This document shows positions 49,434 to 56,450 of a DNA stretch of 64,000 bases, piece by piece. A model generated the notes under the pieces. It searched no databases. It worked only from the letters and a program-made list of their open reading frames with translations, and was not told the DNA's origin. Location of the stretch: contig JAKLFG010000003.1 of NCBI GenBank assembly GCA_022711315.1, forward strand, positions 23,890 through 87,889, read 5' to 3'. The position numbers and the translations under genes were made by a program. The stretch comes from a bacterium (GTDB taxonomy: Bacteria; UBP6; UBA1177; JAKLFG01). Numbering within the stretch: the first letter of the stretch is position 1; every line of letters starts with the position of its first letter.

Positions 49434-49462
49434 GTCAGCACTCCCGATCCTAAGAAAAGTTA

Positions 49463-50083
49463 TCAAAACTTGTACGCGATGCCGAACAACGCATTAAAAT
49501 TACCGTTGGTGAAGTTATCCGCATAAGGAACATCCTTCGCCACTCCCAAAAAGCCAAAACCAAAACGAAGATCCCCGGTGACAAAAAGATTGTCGACCAC
49601 CTCGTAAAAGACCTCAGCACCAAAGATAATCCCTAGATCGAAAATGTCGAGGGAGTCGGTGATGTCGACCTCAACCCCGGAGCCACTCGCAGTCGCTTTC
49701 ATGAGAATGGAAAGGTCAAGCCCGCCGTAGGGCTGTATCAATATCGGAGAAACATCGAAGACCCCCTTCAGCAGTAGCGGCACAGAGAAGTAATGCAGAA
49801 TGCCACGAGCATCCATATCCTTGACGCCATACCCCTTCATTTCATAACCGAGTTCGGCCTGGAAAGCCAGATAGTCCATAAAGCGGTACATCGCCGAAAG
49901 GCTCAGCCCCATACCGACGGCGGCCTCTGTACCTCTAGCCCCCTCTCCTAGAACAAAAGCGGCTCCGGGACCGATCTTTGCCCCGGCAAAAAAGCCTTTG
50001 GGATCCTTTTCTTCTTCGGCAAGCAGAGCGTTCGAACAAAGCAAGGCGCACAGAACAAACGCTGAAACAAAGAATTCTCTCAT
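49463..50083 (-). CDS. Outer-membrane beta-barrel protein (OmpW/OmpA-like small porin family)
   Basis: Signal peptide, alternating amphipathic strands, C-terminal ...GIAYKF (terminal Phe). Confidence 0.6.
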   Translation of the reverse strand: MREFFVSAFVLCALLCSNALLAEEEKDPKGFFAGAKIGPGAAFVLGEGARGTEAAVGMGLSLSAMYRFMDYLAFQAELGYEMKGYGVKDMDARGILHYFSVPLLLKGVFDVSPILIQPYGGLDLSILMKATASGSGVEVDITDSLDIFDLGIIFGAEVFYEVVDNLFVTGDLRFGFGFLGVAKDVPYADNFTNGNFNALFGIAYKF

Positions 50084-50188
50084 GATGTTCCTCCTCTGGC
50101 GAAATGGATTAGTGATCGCAACCTGTTCTATCCCTCATTCTTTCGTTGAAGTTCTAATCGGTGCGCACATCAATATACTCTCCAACAT

Positions 50189-50686
50189 TTATGTTCCGGC
50201 ATCCCGGACACAACGGGCATTGATTTCATCGTCACGATTCGCGTGGTAAACGCCTCCATTCTGAAAGAAAATCTCCCATGCCATGTCGGGGAGTTCTGAC
50301 ACCAACGAAGAAGACCAGAATTCACTGGAATCGTCCAATCTGGAATGGGTAACATCTTCCTCTTCCTCGGGGCAACCGTCACAATCGAAACTCCAGCAAG
50401 AAGACGACAAACAACCATCACTGGCCCTGCATGAGCCACCGAGGGCCGTCTTCGAACAGTCTTTTATCAACGACCGCAACTCTGAAATAGTGGGTAAGCG
50501 CCAATCATCATGCCCCTCTTCAACAAGATCTTCACAATAGACAATAGCATCGTATTGAGTTATGCCGGACTTTTCTTGTGACCACTGCTTATTCGTCATT
50601 TCCGTTTCTTTCGTCTCGTCCTCGCCACAGGCAACGACGAAAAGAACCGCCATCATCGCAAGAATGCCGCTCAAGAGTCCTTTCAT
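50189..50686 (-). CDS. DUF1566 (Lcl C-terminal-like) domain lipoprotein sharing the 5' module with the FGE lipoproteins
   Basis: Lipobox ...LFVVAC. DDWRLPTISELRSLI motif. Confidence 0.65.
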   Translation of the reverse strand: MKGLLSGILAMMAVLFVVACGEDETKETEMTNKQWSQEKSGITQYDAIVYCEDLVEEGHDDWRLPTISELRSLIKDCSKTALGGSCRASDGCLSSSCWSFDCDGCPEEEEDVTHSRLDDSSEFWSSSLVSELPDMAWEIFFQNGGVYHANRDDEINARCVRDAGT

Positions 50687-50752
50687 ACTTCTCCTCCTTC
50701 CATCGGTTGATGAAAAACGCTATGAATCGATCGATAGTTTTGAGAGGTTACG

Positions 50753-50780
50753 AGACAGACAGACAGACAGACAGACAGAC
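50753..50780. repeat. (GACA)7 tetranucleotide microsatellite in the 5' leader of the 50189-50686 gene
   Basis: Read directly. The homologous position upstream of the 46718-47653 gene (47720-47732) carries only 2-3 units. Confidence 0.9.
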
Positions 50781-50897
50781 AGCAATTAATATACCGTAAC
50801 ATATCGTCAAAACAGGGGAAAATCATCGTCCGTCTCCCAAGCAACAGAGGCATGATAACAAAAATAAAAGTCTATGGCAAAAAAAATCGAAGGAATG

Positions 50898-51818
50898 TTA
50901 TTTGTGACCCGACAGGTACCGTTCCGCGGCGGTCGCCGCCGCCGCGCCGTCGCCGACGGCCGTCGCCACCTGATAGACTATCTTTTCGACCACATCGCCC
51001 GCCGCGAAAAGTCCTGGGGTGCCGGTCGTGCCGTCGGGATTCAATGCAATTCGTCCGGTCGGTGACAGCGTCACGAGGTGCTTGACCGGCTCTGTCTGCG
51101 GCGTGTAGCCGACGAAGACGAACACGCCGTCGAATGGATGATCGCTCATCTCGCCGCTTTTGACATTCTTCACGGTGACCGACTCGACGAAATCCTTGCC
51201 CGTTATCTTTTCGACGACACTCTCGAGCATCAGTTTGATCTTGGGGTGCTTCCGAACTTCGTCCTGTATTATCTTTTCGGCGCGGAACTCGTTGCGCCGA
51301 TGGATGATGACCACCTCCGAGGCGAAACGCGTGAGGTAGATCGCCTCCTTGAGCGACGAATCGCCGCCGCCGACCACCGCCACCCGCAGGTTGCGGTAGA
51401 AGGCACCGTCGCACACCGCGCAGTAGGAAACGCCGCGCCCGACGAACTCCATCTCGCCCGGGACATCGATCCTGCGCGGCGACGAACCGGCGGCCCAGAT
51501 GACGCTCCGCGCCGACACCTCGCCACCATCGGAAGTGAGGCGAAAGCCCTCCGCCGTCCTCTCGACCTTCGTCACCGTTCCCATCATCATCTGCGCCCCG
51601 AAACGGAGCGCCTGCTTGAACATCAGTTCCGACAGGTCGCCCCCGCTCACCGTCTCATGACCGGGATAGTTCTCCAACTTGTCAGTGAGCGCCATGAGCC
51701 CGCCGATGGCCCCTTTCTCGAAGATGACGGTCGAAAGCATCGCGCGGCCCAGATAGATAGCGGCGGTGAGCCCGGCCGGCCCGCCTCCGACGATAGCGAC
51801 ATCATACCTCTGCGACAT
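50898..51818 (-). CDS. trxB: Thioredoxin-disulfide reductase
   Basis: YDVAIVGGGPAGLTAAIY and the CAVC active site. Start at the internal Met MSQRYD. Confidence 0.9.
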   Translation of the reverse strand: MSQRYDVAIVGGGPAGLTAAIYLGRAMLSTVIFEKGAIGGLMALTDKLENYPGHETVSGGDLSELMFKQALRFGAQMMMGTVTKVERTAEGFRLTSDGGEVSARSVIWAAGSSPRRIDVPGEMEFVGRGVSYCAVCDGAFYRNLRVAVVGGGDSSLKEAIYLTRFASEVVIIHRRNEFRAEKIIQDEVRKHPKIKLMLESVVEKITGKDFVESVTVKNVKSGEMSDHPFDGVFVFVGYTPQTEPVKHLVTLSPTGRIALNPDGTTGTPGLFAAGDVVEKIVYQVATAVGDGAAAATAAERYLSGHK

Positions 51819-51846
51819 AGTGAACTCCTGTATATTGTTCCCGGAC

Positions 51847-53409
51847 CTAGAATCTCCCTCCGAATGACACACCACCGACGCCGGTCACTTGCGGCGTCCG
51901 CACGATACTGATGCCGACGGGACTCGGGTCGCCATCGTAGGCAGTGCCCCCTTCGACCCGCGCATAGAGTTCCCAGAACAGGTTCCGCACCGGGAAGGAG
52001 AGCGTCGTTTCGCCGTAGTACCGCGTCGCCCCGCCCTTCACGGTGAACATCGGCGCCAGCGCGAACTCTTTTTTATGATCCGCTTCACTGTGGGCCGGGA
52101 ACTGGTAGAGCCCGATCCGGTATTCGAGCGTCAGCCACGGCGCGGCCGACCAGCGATGTTTGAAGAATATGCTCTGGAAATTGCGGCCGAAGGGATACCC
52201 GAGCGAGAAGCCGCGATAGGAATAGCCCTCCTCCTGATACAGGTGATGGCGATAGAAACTGAGCGCTGTTTTGGCGTACTCGATGCGGAAGAAGTGATCG
52301 TCAAGCGACATCGTGAGCCCCATGAGATAGGCCCGCTCGAAGAAATGAAAGAATACCCACGGGATGGTGAATATCCGGTCCTCCGGCTGCCACGGCGCCG
52401 CGATGTCGGTCCCCGCCTCTTGAAAATAGAATCGGAGCGACCGCACCGCGCCATCGGTCCAGCGGTCCATGGGGAGCGATATCGTGAAGTCGAGCGCCGC
52501 GTAGCCGTCGTTGTCGAACCGGCCGCGCGTCACATTGTCCTTGCCGCCGAATATCACCTCGGGCATCTCGTGTATCTTGTAGGAGGGGCGCCCCGCGCCG
52601 CCGTACAGTTCAGTGCGGGTGACGCCGAGTTCCAACCATCCGACCGGCTGATAGACCATCCGCGCCGCGAACAGAAGCGGGTCCGAATGGTCGCGCCGCT
52701 GGTCGAGGAGCCAACCGTTGAGCACCATGAACGACCATTTCCCGAAGAACTCGATCGTTTCCTCGTTCTGGAACTTGACCATCCAGTACGGTTCCGCGTT
52801 CGCCGACAGGAGCAGCCCCCACTCACCCGGCCCGAAATTGACGCTGTCACGCCCCCCTTCAATGGAGAACTTGCCCAATTTCACCTTGGCATAGGCGCGG
52901 TGTATCTGATGTTCCTGTCCATCATCGCGCCAGATATGACGGAAACTCCAGTAGGCGCTGAACCGCTCACGGATGGTCATGTTCCCGTCCTCGGTGAGGA
53001 TGCCGTTCAGCCCCTCGTGCAGAGAAAGCCCCGAACGGCCGGGAAGGAAGGTGTCGCTGTTCGCATAGAGCGTCATGCTCCGGAATCCCTGCAGGGGCTG
53101 GACATAGGTCCCGCGATCGACCCCCTTGGTGAAAAGAACGACCCGGTCATACCGGTCGAGGGCGGAGAGTGTCTCGCGCAGGGCAGAGGGCGTCGCGGCC
53201 ATCGGCTCGCGCCGGTAGGACGAGTCGCCGTCAACCATCTCCCAAACGACGGTGTCCTCCGGCAGGATGTTGATGAGCGGGTCGGTGTCTCCCCGCACCG
53301 GTTCATGGAATAGGCGCGGCAGAAGAAAGGTGTTACCGGTCGGCCCCGCGGCGAAAAGCGGCGACGCGCCGCATATAAGAAGAAAGATAGAGAGCCACCG
53401 CGCCATCAT
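51847..53409 (-). CDS. Secreted outer-membrane-type protein (possible beta-barrel), unknown function
   Basis: Signal MMARWLSIFLLICGASPLFAAG. Aromatic-rich alternating strands. C-terminal ...SFGGRF. Confidence 0.45.
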   Translation of the reverse strand: MMARWLSIFLLICGASPLFAAGPTGNTFLLPRLFHEPVRGDTDPLINILPEDTVVWEMVDGDSSYRREPMAATPSALRETLSALDRYDRVVLFTKGVDRGTYVQPLQGFRSMTLYANSDTFLPGRSGLSLHEGLNGILTEDGNMTIRERFSAYWSFRHIWRDDGQEHQIHRAYAKVKLGKFSIEGGRDSVNFGPGEWGLLLSANAEPYWMVKFQNEETIEFFGKWSFMVLNGWLLDQRRDHSDPLLFAARMVYQPVGWLELGVTRTELYGGAGRPSYKIHEMPEVIFGGKDNVTRGRFDNDGYAALDFTISLPMDRWTDGAVRSLRFYFQEAGTDIAAPWQPEDRIFTIPWVFFHFFERAYLMGLTMSLDDHFFRIEYAKTALSFYRHHLYQEEGYSYRGFSLGYPFGRNFQSIFFKHRWSAAPWLTLEYRIGLYQFPAHSEADHKKEFALAPMFTVKGGATRYYGETTLSFPVRNLFWELYARVEGGTAYDGDPSPVGISIVRTPQVTGVGGVSFGGRF

Positions 53410-53521
53410 GCCGCCGAGTATACAAAGAAACTGGAAGCAATCCAAATTTTTGGAAAAATTGAATCTGAGAACTCATCGGGTATCATGAACGGGTGTTATG
53501 CAGCTCACTAATGGGGTCTCT

Positions 53522-54196
53522 ATGAAACGGATACTACTCTTCACCGCTCTCCTGGTCATTTCGGCCACTCTCTTCGCCGCGGGAGAAGAGAAAAAAAAGG
53601 AGACGGAAAAAGACCGCTCCTTTCTCCTTTCCCTCTCGGTACCCTTCCTCGACTACACTTACATAAAGCAACAGGATAACCCCGAAGGTCGGGGTGACGA
53701 TCTCCTCTCGCTCGGTCTGGAACTGACCTCTCTCGACACCGCCTTCGGCTTCCGGCTGGCCGACATGTTCTATTTGATGGGACGCTTCGGTTTCGGCGTC
53801 AAATGGGCGAGCGCCGCCGGTGACCGGATAGATCCGCAGAATGCATTTCTGATCCTCGGGGTCGGGCCGCGGCTGGCCTTCGAAGCGCGCAAACTACTGG
53901 CCAATCTGGGAGCATATCTGAGCTATCGGTACGACAACGGTCAACAGATCCGGATGGGGCCGGTTGAGACCGGAGCCAATTATGACGATGACTGGGGGCA
54001 CACCCTCGCGCTCGAAGGTTACCTCGGCGTCGAATATCTGGTGCTCGACAACTTCGCCGTGGGAGCGAAACTATCTTTGGGCTATTTGCACATATGGAGA
54101 GAGCAACTTGTTCAAGACGATCTCGACTTTGTACGCAAGACCGAATTCAACGGCGTTGATCTCGGGATACATGTCAGCACCAGTGTGTTTTTTTAG
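53522..54196 (+). CDS. Small outer-membrane beta-barrel protein
   Basis: Signal MKRILLFTALLVISATLFAAG. C-terminal ...VSTSVFF. Confidence 0.5.
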   Translation: MKRILLFTALLVISATLFAAGEEKKKETEKDRSFLLSLSVPFLDYTYIKQQDNPEGRGDDLLSLGLELTSLDTAFGFRLADMFYLMGRFGFGVKWASAAGDRIDPQNAFLILGVGPRLAFEARKLLANLGAYLSYRYDNGQQIRMGPVETGANYDDDWGHTLALEGYLGVEYLVLDNFAVGAKLSLGYLHIWREQLVQDDLDFVRKTEFNGVDLGIHVSTSVFF

Positions 54197-54208
54197 AGGG
54201 AGGATCGC

Positions 54209-54544
54209 ATGAAAAGACTTATTCTCGTCCTTGTCGCCTTTATGGCACTCACCGTCCTTGCGCAGGAGAAACAACCGGTCGAGCCGGCGAAACAGGCGCC
54301 CGCGACCGCCGAAAAGATGTTCACCCTCGAAGAACTCGCCAAATTCGACGGCAAGGATGGCCGCCCCGCCTATGTGGCCATCAACGGCATCGTCTATGAT
54401 GTCACCGGCGTCAAGGCGTGGGCCAAGGGTGAACACGGTAACGGTAAACCCGGCACCGACATCACCCCGCTCATCACCACAAAGTCACCCCACGGCGACA
54501 AGGTGACGAAAAATCTAAAGGCGGTCGGCAAACTGAAGAAGTGA
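54209..54544 (+). CDS. Secreted cytochrome b5-like heme/steroid-binding domain protein
   Basis: Signal peptide, then FTLEELAKFDGKDGRPAYVAINGIVYDVTG, typical of Cyt-b5-like (PF00173) domains. Confidence 0.6.
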   Translation: MKRLILVLVAFMALTVLAQEKQPVEPAKQAPATAEKMFTLEELAKFDGKDGRPAYVAINGIVYDVTGVKAWAKGEHGNGKPGTDITPLITTKSPHGDKVTKNLKAVGKLKK

Positions 54545-54553
54545 GAGGATACG

Positions 54554-54901
54554 ATGTACGAATTCGGTAAAATGCTCGGCTGGGTGAACATCGCCCTGCT
54601 CCTCGCGGCGGTCGCCATCTTCCCGGCGCGGAAGTTCCTGAAACCGCCCAGCGGCCTGCTCTCGATCCTGCGCCGCGTCCACCCGTGGGCGGCAGCGCTG
54701 CTCGTCGTTTCGGCACTGGCCCATTCGTTCATCGTCTGGGGCGTACCGCAGTTCAACACCGGTCAGCCGCTCCTCGGCGCGATCATCATCTCGATGCTTC
54801 TCGCGTGGGTCGGCCCGAAACTCAAAGTGCCGCTCTGGTTCAAACTGCACCTCGTGATGCCGGTCGTCGTGATCGCCTTACTGATCTGGCATTTGTGGTG
54901 A
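54554..54901 (+). CDS. Small 4-TM membrane protein with conserved TM histidines
   Basis: Hydrophobic helices with His residues (RRVHPW, ALAHSF, KLHLV, IWHLW). 10-nt gap from the b5-like gene. Confidence 0.45.
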   Translation: MYEFGKMLGWVNIALLLAAVAIFPARKFLKPPSGLLSILRRVHPWAAALLVVSALAHSFIVWGVPQFNTGQPLLGAIIISMLLAWVGPKLKVPLWFKLHLVMPVVVIALLIWHLW

Positions 54902-54902
54902 A

Positions 54903-56018
54903 CTAGATCAGCACTTCGTCGATGAACTTGCCGTCCTTGTAGAAGAGTTTCCCGTCGGCCGTTATCGTGCCGCCCTGTCGCATATCGCAGAGCATGTCCC
55001 AGTGTATCGCCGAGTGGTTCTTCCCGCCCGCCTCGGCCATCGAATTGCCGAGCGCCATGTGGACGGTGCCGCCGATCTTCTCGTCGAAGAGCATGTTGCG
55101 CGTGAAACGCTGGATGCCGTAGTTGGTCCCGACCGCCACCTCGCCGAAGCGCGACGCCCCCTCGTCGGTCTTGAGAAGCGCCTGCAGGAGATCCTCCCCC
55201 TTGCGCGCCGTCGCTTTGACGACCAGCCCATCTTTAACCTCGAGCCGTATCCCCTCGATCTCTTTCCCCGCGTAGATGCCGGGGAAACTGAAGGTGATGT
55301 GGCCATTGATGTTGGTGTCCTCGGGGCTCGTGAAGACCTCGCCGTCGGGGAAATTGACCCGTCCGTCGCAGTTTATCCATTTCTTCCCGGCGACGCCGAC
55401 GGTGATGTCGGTCCCTTCCGAAACGATGTGGAGCGACTTTTTCGTGTCGAGCCACTTCACCCAGCGTTCCTGCGACTCGCTGACCTTCTTCCATGCGGCC
55501 GCCGGATCGTCCTTGTCGAGCAGACCCGCGCCGTAGACGAAGTTCTCGTAGTCCTCGAGGCTCATGTTGGCCTCCTGCGCGTCGGCATAGGTCGGGAACT
55601 GGGTGCCGCACCAGCGCAGTTTGCCGGAAGCCATCCGGTCGGAATATATCTTGCGCCAGCCCCCCTGTCCCTGCGCATCGATCTTCAGTCGGTCGGCCGG
55701 TATCGCCGCGTTGACCTTCACATTGCGCGCCGCCCATGCCGTCAGCCACACATCGGCCCGCTCGAGCATCTTTTCCAGCATGTAGTTGCCGTTCTTCAAT
55801 TCCTCGTCGGTGGCGTACTTGAGCCGCGCCTCGGTCGCCTCCTGCGAGGAGAGCATCACCTCGACATGGGCGCCCGCCCGGGTCGCTTCGCGGGTCACCG
55901 CGACCACCCAAGGCGCCGCGACCTCGTCGGCGCGAACAAAAACGAACTCTCCCTTCTTTACGCGGGTCGAATAGTGGACCAGCACCTTCGCCAGTTTGTC
56001 GAGTCTCGGATCGTTCAT
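54903..56018 (-). CDS. Aminopeptidase, M29 (AmpS/PepS) family
   Basis: N-terminus MNDPRLDKLAKVLVHYS... and overall M29 similarity. Protein is 371 aa. Confidence 0.75.
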   Translation of the reverse strand: MNDPRLDKLAKVLVHYSTRVKKGEFVFVRADEVAAPWVVAVTREATRAGAHVEVMLSSQEATEARLKYATDEELKNGNYMLEKMLERADVWLTAWAARNVKVNAAIPADRLKIDAQGQGGWRKIYSDRMASGKLRWCGTQFPTYADAQEANMSLEDYENFVYGAGLLDKDDPAAAWKKVSESQERWVKWLDTKKSLHIVSEGTDITVGVAGKKWINCDGRVNFPDGEVFTSPEDTNINGHITFSFPGIYAGKEIEGIRLEVKDGLVVKATARKGEDLLQALLKTDEGASRFGEVAVGTNYGIQRFTRNMLFDEKIGGTVHMALGNSMAEAGGKNHSAIHWDMLCDMRQGGTITADGKLFYKDGKFIDEVLI

Positions 56019-56051
56019 GACCTGCTCCTATGCTAGATGTTCTCGGTATGA

Positions 56052-56140
56052 TGGTGCCGGAGACCGGGGTCGAACCGGTGCAGGGCTTGCGCCCCGAGGG
56101 ATTTTAAGTCCCTTGCGTCTGCCAATTCCGCCACTCCGGC
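56052..56140 (-). tRNA. tRNA-Leu (anticodon UAA), long variable arm, encoded CCA
   Basis: Manually folded: acceptor GCCGGAG/CUCCGGC, anticodon loop CUUAAAA, T-arm GGUUCGACCCC. Confidence 0.75.
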
Positions 56141-56161
56141 ACAATAAGTATCTGGTAAGGA

Positions 56162-56236
56162 TGGAGGCGCCTTCCGGATTCGAACCGGAGATGGAGATTT
56201 TGCAGACCTCTGCCTTACCACTTGGCCAAGGCGCCC
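56162..56236 (-). tRNA. tRNA-Cys (anticodon GCA)
   Basis: Manually folded: acceptor GGGCGCC/GGCGCCU, anticodon loop CUGCAAA, T-arm GGUUCGAAUCC, encoded CCA. Confidence 0.75.
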
Positions 56237-56255
56237 CGGATAAGAGGAAAAAAAA

Positions 56256-56331
56256 TGGAGCGGGAAAAGGGATTTGAACCCTCGACCTCAACCTTGGCAA
56301 GGTTGCACTCTAGCCACTGAGTTATTCCCGC
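56256..56331 (-). tRNA. tRNA-Gly (anticodon GCC)
   Basis: Manually folded: acceptor GCGGGAA/UUCCCGC, anticodon loop UUGCCAA, T-arm GGUUCAAAUCC, encoded CCA. Confidence 0.75.
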
Positions 56332-56348
56332 TCAGCACAAGCGCTTTT

Positions 56349-56376
56349 TTTATACGGACTTTTCGACCGCTGTCAA
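56349..56376 (-). promoter_or_regulatory. sigma70-like promoter TTGACA-N16-TATAAA for the tRNA Gly-Cys-Leu cluster
   Basis: Reverse complement shows ttgaca(16)tataaa about 12 nt upstream of the tRNA-Gly 5' end. Confidence 0.45.
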
Positions 56377-56390
56377 CAAATTTTATCTCC

Positions 56391-56418
56391 TTGCAAACGC
56401 CAAACCTTTAAGTACAAT
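56391..56418 (+). promoter_or_regulatory. sigma70-like promoter TTGCAA-N16-TACAAT for the 56451 lipoprotein gene (divergent from the tRNA promoter)
   Basis: ttgcaa at 56391-56396 and tacaat at 56413-56418. SD aaggagag before the ATG at 56451. Confidence 0.45.
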
Positions 56419-56450
56419 CAGGATGCCCGTACAAAAATAAGGAGAGCGCC

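Noticed and set aside
56028-56300. Two small ORFs lying over the tRNA cluster
   Set aside because: Fully explained by the three tRNA genes. The translations are Pro/Gly/Arg-rich nonsense.
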